64,000 nucleotides of DNA, taken from positions 930,001 through 994,000 of the forward strand of contig CATNEN010000041.1 in assembly GCA_950097015.1 (NCBI GenBank), in the 5' to 3' direction. The notes under the pieces are model-generated. The model did no database searches. It saw only the letters and a program-made list of their open reading frames with translations, and was not told the origin of the DNA. The translations under genes and the position numbers were made by a program. Position 1 is the stretch's first letter. The number at the start of each line of letters is the position of its first letter. This stretch comes from Macrostomum hystrix. Taxonomy: Eukaryota; Animalia; Platyhelminthes. Shown one piece after another: positions 22,526 through 35,000 of this stretch.

Positions 22526-23810
22526 CTGTTAGTCAGTGAATGGCTGGTCAGACCGCACCTGTTAGTCAGGGAATGGCTGGTCAGACAGCACCTGTTAGTC
22601 CGTGAATGGCTGGTCAGACAGCACCTGTTAGTCAGGGAATGGCTGGTCAGACAGCACCTGTTAGTCAGGGAATGGCTGGTCAGACAGCACCTGTTAGACA
22701 GGAATGGCTGGTCAGACAGCACCTGTTAGTCAGGGAATGGCTGTTCAGACAGCACCTGTTAGACAGGAATGGCTGGTCAGACAGCACTTGTTAGTCAGTG
22801 AATGGCTGGTCAGACCGCACCTGTTAGTCAGGGAATGGCTGGTCAGACAGCACCTGTTAGTCAGTGAATGGCTGGTCAGACAGCACCTGTTAGTCAGGGA
22901 ATGGCTGGTCAGACAGCACCTGTTAGTCAGGGAATGGCTGTTCAGACAGCACCTGTTAGACAGGAATGGCTGGTCAGACAGCACTTGTTAGTCAGTGAAT
23001 GGCTGGTCAGACCGCACCTGTTAGTCAGGGAATGGCTGGTCAGACAGCACCTGTTAGTCAGTGAATGGCTGGTCAGACAGCACCTGTTAGTCAGGGAATG
23101 GCTGGTCAGACAGCACCTGTTAGTCAGGGAATGGATGGTCAGACAGCACCTGTTAGTCAGGGAATGGATGGTCAGACAGCACCTGTTAGTCAGGGAATGG
23201 CTGGTCAGACAGCACCTGTTAGACAGGAATGGCTGGTCAGACAGCACCTGTTAGACAGGAATGGCTGGTCAGACAGCACCTGTTAGTCAGGGAATGGCTG
23301 TTCAGACAGCACCTGTTAGACAGGAATGGCTGGTCAGACAGCACTTGTTAGTCAGGGAATGGCTGGTCAGACAGCACCTGTTAGTCAGGAATGGCTGGTC
23401 AGACAGCACCTGTTAGTCAGGGAATGGCTGGTCAGACAGCACCTGTTAGTCAGGGAATGGCTGGTCAGACAGCACCTGTTAGTCAGGAATGGCTGGTCAG
23501 ACAGCACCTGTTAGTCAGGGAATGGATGGTCAGACAGCACCTGTTAGACAGTGAATGGCTGGTCAGACAGCACCTGTTAGACAGGAATGGCTGGTCAGAC
23601 AGCACCTGTTAGACAGGAATGGCTGGTCAGACAGCACCTGTTAGACAGGAATGGCTGGTCAGACAGCACCTGTTAGACAGGAATGGCTGGTCAGACAGCA
23701 CCTGTTAGACAGGAATGGCTGGTCAGACAGCACCTGTTAGACAGGAATGGCTGGTCAGACAGCACCTGTTAGACAGGAATGGCTGGTCAGACAGCACCTG
23801 TTAGACAGCT
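22526..23810. repeat. 32/33-bp minisatellite, about 39 copies (GGAATGGCTGGTCAGACAGCACCTGTTAGTCAG)
   Basis: Head-to-tail units with 32- and 33-bp variants. Confidence 0.95.
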
Positions 23811-24789
23811 GCAACGCTGCTCACACATAACTAAGTAAGGCATTTGATTCAGCAGTTGTTGCATTTGCTGGCAGAAACAGATAGACAGACAGGTGCTCGC
23901 GCGGATCCGTGTGTATTTAGCAGAGCAATGAGCGGAGCGGGATGTTGACACAGGCATGAAGCCGCATAATAGATAACGGATAGTCAGGAGCTTATAAAAG
24001 AGTTCAAAGTAAGAAACTTTCATAAAAGTACAGTCGCACGCAAGCGGATAAAATATGTGAAGACTTTAAAGAAAAAAAGGTTCCTGAAGTCCAGAAGAAG
24101 AACTACAGTCGATCTTTGTAGCAAAGTACATTCTCAGCTAAAAAAGTACAAGTACAACGAAAAGGTCAAAGTCTGCTCAACTCTGCGCTGCTGCCTGTGA
24201 GAATGTGGGGCCCTTACAAAGCCAAACAAAATGAGTAAACGGCGAGAGTAACCATACCTATATTTGAAGCAACAATAGACTCGTCATCTTGCTATTGTAA
24301 ACCCATTTCATTCGACTGAATAATTCGTCCATGAAAAATGAATAATTTGGTTGAAAATTGAAAGCGAAAATGACAAGACACTCGAAAATAGTTTAGGATT
24401 TTGGTCATTCGCTTGTAATTAAGCTGAATTCAAATATAGAGGAGCATTTTGGCAGGCTGCAAAGCTTAAGCACATAAAAACTGCTTAAAAAGATTATCAG
24501 CAGTTCATGCTACTTATTGTAAGGGCCACGCCCGCAAAAAATGAGAAAAACTGCCGAATCAGAAGAGCTATGCACTTGAATCACAGACAGGCATAATCAG
24601 TGAGATCAGAGCAGCTCCATAAAATTATAACAAATATTTACAGGTAGAATCAGCCAATTATCTTTAATACACTCTAAATAAAATAATGTAGACATGACTC
24701 AGTTGCGCGGATAAGACTTCAAATGACAATGAGCGATAGATCAACAGGGATGAGGTAGGGCTGCCATTTCTTGGAAGTAAAGATAGTAA

Positions 24790-25070
24790 GCCCCGGATCG
24801 ACTGGGTGTCAGACTGGGTCAGGGTGTCACACTGGGTCAGGGTGTCAGTCTGGGTCAGGGTGTCAGACTGGGTCAGGGTGTCAGACTGGGTCAGGGTGTC
24901 AGACTGGGTCAGGGTGTCAGACTGGGTCAGGGTGTCAGACTGGGTCAGGGTGTCACACTGGGTCAGGGTGTCAGTCTGGGTCAGGGTGTCAGACTGGGTC
25001 AGGGTGTCAGACTGGGTCAGGGTGTGTTATTTTGGGTCAGGGTGGGTCAGACTGGGTCAGGGTGTGGGTC
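24790..25070. repeat. 18-bp GGG-rich minisatellite (GGGTCAGGGTGTCAGACT)
   Basis: Tandem units read directly. Confidence 0.92.
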
Positions 25071-25151
25071 AAGCAGTGTTATGTAAAACATAAACAGGGA
25101 TATGTGAAAACGGGGAGGATGTGTGAGGGTAGGTCAGTGGGTCATAGTGGG

Positions 25152-25643
25152 TCAGAGCAGGCTCGCATCGCTGGTCAGCCGCAGACGCGCTCCGGAGCCG
25201 GCAGAGCCAGGCCGAGATGCGGAGCCGCCGGCGCCGCCGCTGTCGGAGTGTTCGTAGGAGGTCGGCCGGCCGGAGCGGTGGACCAGGGCGGCCACGCGGA
25301 GTGTCTCGGAGGCGTACTCACCACCGCAGACTCCGGCGGAATAATCGTCGGAGGAGGACACAGCCAGCCGGTCATAGTCCGGGCTGCCACCGTCCAGCAG
25401 GGAGCCTTCGATGGACCTCTCCATGAGGGGCGTCATCGCGACCTGCCTGCCGAGACTGACGACTCCAGCGGCCGTTTCCAGAGGCGGTGGCGGCGGAAGA
25501 GTCGGTGGCCGAAGCTGCACCGGAGGTGGCGGAGGCGGCAGCCGCTGATGTTGTGGCGGCAGGGGCGGCTGCGGGCGCGAACTGCGCATGGAAGCTGCCG
25601 CGATGTCCACTGGAGCGGAGGGAGACGGCTTAAGATGAGCCAT
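25152..25643 (-). CDS. 163-aa Pro-rich, Tyr-motif ORF (MAHLKPSPSAP...DYDRL...DDYSAG...TSDASLL*); separate gene or detached terminal exon
   Basis: GC3-rich ORF with poly-Pro and acidic-context tyrosines resembling the adjacent adaptor gene; acceptor-like TTTTAG about 40 nt upstream of the ATG. Confidence 0.5.
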   Translation of the reverse strand: MAHLKPSPSAPVDIAAASMRSSRPQPPLPPQHQRLPPPPPPVQLRPPTLPPPPPLETAAGVVSLGRQVAMTPLMERSIEGSLLDGGSPDYDRLAVSSSDDYSAGVCGGEYASETLRVAALVHRSGRPTSYEHSDSGGAGGSASRPGSAGSGARLRLTSDASLL

Positions 25644-26063
25644 TGAAGTCCCAGGATTCAATGATGGCGAGTTATGCAATTATCCCTAAAAGTACATCGC
25701 TGGCAACAAGTCCTGGATTTTATTAGGGGCCATTGTGCTCAGTTTTAAATAAGCAGATAAGCGGCAAGCCAGTTGACAGCTATTGATAATTATTAGACAA
25801 CACAAAATTGCAATAAACTGGCATGCAAGACTTTTCTTGGAAAGAAAAAAGTAAAAACCAAGGCAATCTTGACGACATGGAAGAAATATCTCAGCCTGAG
25901 GGCGGTGCATCTAGGCACTTCTAGTTAATACACGGTGCGATGAGACATAAATAATTTCATTTAAACAAAACAACTAAAATGCTCTGCGGCGGTCGCCAAT
26001 GCGGAGCTGCGCCTCACCAGTGAAGCCAGGCGGCACAGTTCAACAAATCTCAGGCTGACGACC

Positions 26064-27978
26064 TCAGCACAGCTCGCAGTCGTCTGATTGAGTTGAGCAA
26101 AGTAATGGCAGACTAATAAAGTAGGCTCAAACTTGAGTACAGTCTAAAGTGCATGAATAGTTAACACTTGATCGATGGCGAAGTGCACTCAGAGAAAAGT
26201 TCGAAAAACTAAAAGTGCAAATGAACTACAAAAAAGTGCAAATTCACAGTGCATTAGCACTTGAAGGAGTGCATTGGTCCTAAAATTTGGAACTACGACT
26301 CGTGCCTGTAAAGAACTGAGATTGTTAGGATGTACTTTAACTGCTTCAAATGATGCACCAATGAAGCACTTAAAGCGTTACCTATTGAAAGTGCATCAGA
26401 GGCATAAAACTACTTCGAGTAGATCAAAGAAAGGCCCGGGGTGGCCTCACCGTCACTGTCCATGTGGCGAAAGTTCTGCATCTCGTTGAGGATGCTGAAC
26501 CCGGTTGCCTGCCGGCCGCTGAACCTCCGGACGGCGTCTCTGGGCGACCGGCCGAACCGGCCAGACGGCTGCGGCGGGAGTCGCGGCGGAGCCACGGCCA
26601 GAGATGACAATGAGTTGGACACGGACTCGCGCATGCCTGCCAAGCAAATCAAAGGCTTTTAGTTAGCGCGCTACTGTCAGTAGTAATGTCAGTTGGTGAC
26701 GAGTGTTGCATTTTCGTAGTATCAAGCTTTGATACGAAACATATGGTCTCACCGTCTGTGATAAACTCTGAGTACAGGTCTGAGTAGGAGTCCCCGACCC
26801 CAGCGACGTCGGCACCGAGGCCCAGGCCAGCTCCGCGAGTCTCGGCATCGTACAGGTCCTCGTAGAGTGAGTCCTCGGCTGCGGCTCCGGCCCGGCTGCC
26901 ACCGGCTGCTGCCTGGGCGCCGAGGTGCAGCGGGCGCTGAAGGTTGGCCGCGGCGGAGGCGGGCCGGCCGCCTGTAAGCGGCAGCGCATTGCGGGCGCGC
27001 AGGCTGGCCAGGGACTCCCTGACAGTCACCCGCTGGTACTCGCCGCCTGCAGCTCCGCCTTCGCGACGCAGGTCATCAAGTATTGGCCGAAGGATTGGCT
27101 GCTGCTGCTGTTGCTGCGGCTGATGAGAAAACGCAGCAGTGTCTGCAAGTTTTTGTTCATTTTTATTTTTCGTGTACATGATTTTAGTAAAATCGGACAA
27201 CGCATTCGCTCAACAGTACAGAGACCAAGCTTACTGCCCCTGGGGAAAGACCACGGCGGCATCTCAACAGTACAGAGACCGAGCATACTGCCCCTGGGGA
27301 AGGACCACGGCGGCATCTCAACAGTACAGAGACCGAGCATACTGCCCCTGGGGAAGGACCACGGCGGTATCTCAATAGCTCCCAAACCGAATGACCGATT
27401 TTCGTGAAAGTCCGCCCTATGTAGTTTCCGCCCTTCACAATGAACTGACTTTCAGCATCGTCAAGATATTCAGCGATTGTTGCCGAAGACACTCTTGACA
27501 AGGACAGCTACATTGCTCTGCGTAAACCTGTACAGTACTCGTAAATTCATATTGGCTCAATTATAAAAAAATTAACGATATAATCAACAGAATCTGCTTA
27601 ACGGTTTGCAATGCCCCGTGTGCTACACTGCAAGCTCCTTCAACCTGGGCTATCAAACCCAGTGTGCCCCAGGACTCGCTACAATGCGAACGCAACGTGG
27701 GTGAGGGCGAATAACACTTTGCTAATCCAATAGGCAAGCATGCGAAAAATTGCAACAATGTCGCTTATTTAGTGAGAGAAGAGAGAGAAAAACATTTTTC
27801 ACTAGCGGAACGTGAGGAGGTGACTGACTGAGGAGGTGAGGAGGCTGGTGGCGTGCCAAATGACCGATGGATTTGAAGCATTGCGGGGGCCACGTGACTG
27901 AAATGTCTGCCAGGAATAGGGCAAAAAAAGAACCCGAGGCAAGTCTAGGTCCGATTTTGTCTGAGGCTGAGGCTTACT

Positions 27979-28074
<96 letters not shown>

Positions 28075-28125
28075 GGCAGACAGACAGACAGACAGACAGG
28101 CAGACAGACAGACAGACAGACAGGC

Positions 28126-28194
<69 letters not shown>

Positions 28195-28663
28195 GGCAAG
28201 GCAGGCAGACAGGCAGGCAAGGCAGGCAGGCAGACAGGCAGGCAAGACAGGCAGGCAAGGCAGGCAGACAGGCAGACAGACAGGCAAGGCAGGCAGACAG
28301 GCAGACAGGCAGGCAAAATCAGAGGCCTAGTTCAGGCAAGGAGGCAAACACAAAGCATATTTTGAGTAGTTCTCTAACAATTTTATGCCCAGCCGCAGAG
28401 GAATTCCTATTACGCACGTGACCTCAGTGGATGACCCGGCCCTGAGCTGGGCGACTGTGAGCGTCGGCCGCCCTCCCCACCCTGCAGCGCGGAGTTCATA
28501 TAAAAAATGTAGGATATGGGATATTGGATTGAAATGGCAGCTGTTAAAGCCAAGTGCCAGGCTGAGAGGAAGCCCGGGAGAAATTTGAGCTGCTGCTGTG
28601 TGTGTGTGAGTGTGTGTGAGTGTGTGTGAGTGTGTGTGAGTGTGTGTGAGTGTGTGTGAGTGT

Positions 28664-28694
<31 letters not shown>

Positions 28695-28717
28695 AGTGTG
28701 TGAGTGTGTGTGAGTGT

Positions 28718-28748
<31 letters not shown>

Positions 28749-28812
28749 AGTGTGTGTGTGTGTGTGTGAGTGTGTGTGAGTGTGTGTGTGTGAGTGTGTG
28801 TGTGTGAGTGTT

Positions 28813-28858
<46 letters not shown>

Positions 28859-28876
28859 TGTGTGTGTGTGAGTGTT

Positions 28877-28912
<36 letters not shown>

Positions 28913-28943
28913 TGTGTGTGTGTGTGTGTGTGTGAGTGTGTGT

Positions 28944-29008
<65 letters not shown>

Positions 29009-32000
29009 TGTTTGTGAGTGTGTGTGTGTGTGTGTGTTTGTGAGTGTGTGTGTGTGTGTGTGTTTGTGAGTGTGTGTGATAAGCCAAGCCAGGCAGTCCC
29101 AGAAGGCCAATTCTCATAGTTCAGTGCGAGGGGATTAGGCGGTGGATTATCGTGTCTGTACCTGCACAGTCAGCGGCCCAGCACCCGCAGTGGGTCTCGG
29201 GGCGCCTGAAATCGATCCCATTCTCGGCTGCATTGGTTCGCCCATCAAGGCCGAGTTGCCTCCGCTGGTCGAAGTCGAAGGATGCCCACTTGAGAAACTC
29301 GATTTCACTCCAACTGAATGGGAAGAGCCTCTCTAATTATGGGATCGAGGTTGAGAAGCGGATTAAGGAGGGCCAGGCTTCAGAGCCGCACTGTGCGGAG
29401 TCAATTAGGCGGTCCCAGCTCCCAGTGCTGCTGGGGCTGGAACATCTCGCCCCTGGTATCGGGACGGCTTCGATGAAGGGGATATTTCTCCCATTTCAAT
29501 CCCGGGAATCTTCTTCATCACGCCCGTTTGGGACAGGCCCCTAAATTTGTTCTCCCCACTTCCCCCTAGAAAAGGGGGCCACGGCGCTGGCCACGGCAGC
29601 AACAAGGCGACCATCCATCAGCTGCGACCCGCCCCCACGCCATGGCTTGCAAGACTGGGCGAACTGAAACACAAAAACACATTCAACGGAGGCAGCAGGA
29701 AAAGCGGCGGCTGCACTTCAAACCCAGCGGCTTCATCGCCCTCCGCGCCAGACTCTCTACCCACTCTCACACTCTACCCACTCTTACACTCTCCCCTCTC
29801 ACACACTCTCCCCTCTCTCACACACTCTCCCCTCTCTCTCACACTCTCCCCTCTCTCACACACTCTCCCCTCTCTCACACTTTTTCTCCCTTCTCGCTCT
29901 TTTTCTTTCTCTGGCTCTTTCTCCCCTCCCACCCACTCTCTCCCCAAGTTGTGCTACAAGCCTGACAGCGAGGGACATAATAGCCAGCAAAAAGCTGTCA
30001 AAAGCAAAGCCCAAACCAAGCAGAGGGTATGCAAGCATTCAGCTGCATAGGCAAACAGCTGAATGGGCCCACTTTGCCCGCCTCGTTCACGTCAACCCCG
30101 GCATGGGGGCGAATTAAGCTGACAGGCGCACACAGGGAGGGGCCGCACAGGCTGATAGCAGATATGCGCCCCTCCATTTGCTGCTGGCTAAAGTGCAGGG
30201 CGCAAATCCAAGGCCAGCATCCGAGGCGCAGTGGATATCTGCGGCTGGCTGGGAGAACCAGCTTGCTCACCGAGAAAGCTGCTAATGCTGCACCAAATCA
30301 CTCAATCACCCATCGGCCTCCTAAAAACTGCTAACCCAACCGAATGCCCTCCCACAGCCACCCCGACTGTCCGCCTTGCTGAGAGGCAATCAGATTTCCC
30401 TAATGCGGTGGCTTTTTATTGTGGGACACCCGGAACAGACAGACTGACACCCGGAACAGACAGGCTGACACCCGGAACAGACAGGCAGACACCCGGAACA
30501 GACAGACTGACACCCGGAACAGACAGGCTGACACCCGGAACAGACAGGCAGACACCCGGAACAGACAGGCAGACACCCGGAACAGACAGGCAGACACCCG
30601 GAACAGACAGACTGACACCCGGAACAGACAGGCTGACACCCGGAACAGACAGGCTGACACCCGGAACAGACAGACTAACACCCGGAACAGACAGACTGAC
30701 ACCCGGAACAGACAGACTGACACCCGGAACAGACAGGCTGACACCCAGAACGGACAGGCAGACACCCGGAACAGACAGGCAAGACGGGATGAACCAAAGT
30801 CATTAGTGAGCAGTACTCAAAGCAGTCCCTGGGACAATAGAATGACAGAAGCAGAGCAGCCGCAGACAGCAATGGTAACTGGACTCAAACTGCACTTGGC
30901 GCGAATCACTCCCTGCTGTAAAGTACATCCTTACTCAGCGCCACATTGGGAGTAGCAACTTTGCATGATTCAATGGGTACTCAGGGCACTCAGGGTGAGG
31001 CAGCGGGAGTTAGAGCTGGGTTGGACCGCGTGGAAGGACCGCCCAGCGACACAAATTCTTCTCTCGACCTGCCCCAATTGTGAACAATGGCAGAGAAACA
31101 ATGCGCCAATCCCGCGGGTCCGGACAGCCGCTCACGGAGGCCCGCAGGCAATTGTGGGAGAATTGGTGGGCTAAAGCATGACTTTCACTTCTTTTTTAAC
31201 GGTTCCGCACTTCAACAGCGCCTCAGCGCGCATTGGCCCAGTCATTCAGCTGACACACCCAGCCAACGCGTGGCTCTCTTGCTGTTGGGACACTTTCTGC
31301 TCCCAACTATGCGAGAGCGGGCCTGAGCCTCTTGGCCGCGGCTCTGCACCGGCTACCGGTCTGGTACATCTTCTTTGTGGTTCCCTCAATTCCCCAATGC
31401 ATGCGCTCACCGTATTTCCCCATCCTCAGCCAGAAATCCCATATTCCTCATCTCTAAACACCAAATCTATTCCTCAAATCCCTATCCGAAAATCCCTTTC
31501 CTAGATTCATACCCTTAAAACTTTTTTCGGAAATCCCTGTACTCCAGATCAAGCCGAATTCTAAATTCCTACAGTTCTTTCTCTTAATCATTTGTACTTA
31601 AAACCATTTCCTAATTATATTAAAATTAAAACATTTCGAATCCCAGTTCCAGTCGCAAACTCGCTCTCAAAAAAGTATCATATTTCCTAAAAATTCGGGT
31701 TGTCGGGGCACAAACCTGCGCCAGCCGCGTCCAGGTCGATGTTGGAATAGTAGGCCACCGGCTCCTGCAGGATGCGGTCAACCTCCTCGCGCCGGTAATT
31801 CCGGTCCGGCAGCGGCGGCGGCTGGCCGCCCGCACTGCCGCTCACCGACAGCTCCGCCAAAGCGGCTGCCGCGCCAACCTCGGAGGCTGGCGCCGAATCC
31901 GCCGTGTTATTCAGCGAATTCGGCAGCGTCTTGCAGATGCTGGCGTACACATTCTGCTGCTGATGTTGCTGCGGCGACGGCTCAACTGCGTGCCGCCGAC

Positions 32001-35000
32001 GCGAAACTGGCGTTGGCGTGGCTGTCGCCGGCTCGTCGTGGGCTCCGCTGTGGCGGCGGATGGCCGAGTAGAGCGGGTCGATCTCGCTGGTCAGGTCGCT
32101 GTCTATGGTGTAAACCGACGCGGCGGCTGGCAGTCGCGGCGAGGTGCCACCGGCTCCGGCGGCAGCGGCGCGGGTAGTCGCCGCGGCCAGCGTCGGTAGA
32201 TCCGGGGTCGTCTCGGACGCGGCAGCGGAAGAGGCCTGGCGGCCGGAGCCGAAGCCGAGTCGATGGGCGATGCCCGGCAGCGGGAAGTCCTGCAGGTGCC
32301 GCTTGAGGAGGCTGCGGCCGGCTGCCGCTGCGGAGAGATGAGGCGCAGGCTGGGGAGGCTGGGGCGGCAGCGGCAGCGGTGGCTGCTGCTTCGGGGGAAC
32401 TGGTGGCAGCTCGCGGTCCGGGTGGCTGCGGCTAGACAGAACGGACTGCTGAGACTCGAGCCTGGAAGTGGGGGCGATGGACGCTGAAGCTAAGGGGGCC
32501 CGTCTGTGAAGACAAAATAAAGATAATCGATGGCTGTGTATTTGAGACGCGGATGGTCATGGAGAAACAGTGCTCATTTAGTGCTGTCCATAAGTGCAGT
32601 AGTCGCTAATTGGCATCGGCCTTGGGAGCCATGATGAGCGGCTCATTCATTCAAAACTCGCATGCAGAGCGAAGTTCGATTTGCGTGTAGGCGAAAGGAG
32701 GCGCAGGATTTGTGAGAGGGCGGATTAGTGAGAGGGCGGATTTGTGAGAGGGCGGATTTGTGAGAGGGCGGATTAGTGAGAGGGCGGATTTGTGAGAGGA
32801 CGGATTTGTGAGAGGGCGGATTTGTGAGAGGGCGGATTTGTGAGAGGGCGGATTTGTGAGAGGGCGGATTTGTGAGAGGGCGGATTTGTGAGAGGGCGGA
32901 TTCGTGAGAGGGCGGATTTGAGTGAAATACGGTCGCGCCAATAACGCACCTGGGTCTGGGCAGCTGGGACGCGGAGTCGCTGGGGGCTGTCGACTTCCCG
33001 GTGTCCGCAGTCGCTGCGCCAGGAGCGTCGGGGCGCCGCAGGCGGGCCACGAAGCTGTCGCGAAGACTGCCGAGTCGACGCCCGACCACCGAGCGACGGT
33101 CCCGCCTGGCCGCCGTTGACGCGGGCGCCGCAGCTGCCGGGGCCGAATCGCCGAGACTGGCCGGCGGCGCTGCAGACTCGTAGATGTCGGAGCCGGCCGC
33201 GTCACGGCTGCGAGCGTGGGGGAGGCGAGGACGGAGGGGTTGGTTCAGTTGACTACGGGAAACCTTACAGTTTTTCTTACCTATCAGGATGTGAACGCGA
33301 TTAGATATTTAGGGGGATATTGGCGCCGAATTAGGGATCCAGAATCAAGGACTGACTCATCTGGGATCTGGAGATAAAGGATTGATAATGAGGGGTTAAG
33401 GATTAGCGGGTTGATTGCCGATTAGAGCAGACGGGGATTTGAGACTGGTTGCTGATCGGTTTGCAGGATTTGGAATTGTTTGCGAAGTCTGGGATTTGAG
33501 ACTGGGTGCTGATCGGTTTGCAGGATTTGGAATTGTTTGCGAAGTCTGGGATTTGAGACTGGGTGCTGATCGGATTGCAGGATTTGGAATTGTTTGCGAA
33601 GTCTGGGATTTGAGACTGGGTGCTGATCGGTTTGCAGGATTTGGAATTGTTTGCGAAGTCTGGGATTTGAGACTGGGTGCTGATCGGTTTGCAGGATTTG
33701 GAATTGTTTGCGAAGTCTGGGATTTGAGACTGGGTGCTGATCGGTTTGCAGGATTTGGAATTGTTTGCGAAGTCTGGGATTTGAGACTGGGTGCTGATCG
33801 GTTGGCAGGAATTGGAATTGTTTGCGAAGTCTGGGATTTGAGACTGGGTGCTGATCGGTTTGCAGGATTTGGAATTGTTTGCGAAGTCTGGGATTTGAGA
33901 CTGGGTGCTGATCGGTTTGCAGGATTTGGAATTGTTTGCGAAGTCTGGGATTTGAGACTGGGTGCTGATCGGTTGGCAGGAATTGGAATTGTTTGCGAAG
34001 TCTGGGATTTGAGACTGGGTGCTGATCGGTTTGCAGGATTTGGAATTGTTTGCGAAGTCTGGGATTTGAGACTGGGTGCTGATCGGTTTGCAGGATTTGG
34101 AATTGTTTGCGAAGTCTGGGATTTGAGACTGGGTGCTGATCGGTTGGCAGGAATTGGAATTGTTTGCGAAGTCTGGGATTTGAGACTGGGTGCTGATCGG
34201 TTGGCAGGAATTGGAATTGTTTGCGAAGTCTGGGATTTGAGACTGGGTGCTGATCGGTTTGCAGGATTTGGAATTGTTTGCGAAGTCTGGGATTTGAGAC
34301 TGGGTGCTGATCGGTTTGCAGGATTTGGAATTGTTTGCGAAGTCTGTTAAAAGCACATCGCAATTTGCCTTCGCAAGTTGCAAGTATTTTGTGACCTCCG
34401 CGAGATTCAAACAAAATGAAAGGTCGGCCGAGCCCCAATCAGCTAGCCAACCGAATTCATCTCCAAGAAAGTGTCTGGCTTCGCATTCACCCCAGACAGT
34501 CGCAGCATGATGCCTCGCAGGCGGTTCAGGCCGGACACAAATAGCAGCTTCTGACCCGCTGCGCAGGTGGCTTCCCTCAGTCGGGCAGGTTCAATAGCGG
34601 GAGTGAAAAAGCAAGAATAGCCCAGGTGCAACATTCCAGGCCACGGGATCCGGTCTTATCTCGGCTGCCAAATCTGACAGAACAGGCGAGGCGCACCAGG
34701 GCTTCATTCCCATGGGGCACACAGCACATTGCGATCCTCCGTGCAAGCCCGCTTGCTGCGGACTGGGCAGCACAGCTGGGTCTTTTATAGCATTCAAGTT
34801 CATCGGAGTCCAGTCCGAGTTGTGCTCACTGGATCCATTCCAAGGATCAAGGTGTGCTCAGTCCATTCCAAGGATCAAGGTGTGCTCAGTCCATTCCAAG
34901 GATCAAGGTGTGCTCAACTCATTCCAAGGATCAAGGTGTGCTCAGTCCATTCCAAGGATCAAGGTGTGCTCAACTCATTCCAAGGATCAAGGTGTGCTCA

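Noticed and set aside
24771-25646. 291-aa + strand ORF
   Set aside because: Its N-terminus is an 18-bp repeat and the rest is the antisense shadow of the GC-rich minus-strand ORF 25152-25643.
33403-34438. 310-340 aa repetitive ORFs in three frames
   Set aside because: 57-bp intronic minisatellite; multi-frame openness is compositional. The same applies to ORFs at 14328-14960, 15597-16377, 22400-23612, 27802-29117, 30231-30955, 34712-35420, 55895-56334 and 62794-63323.
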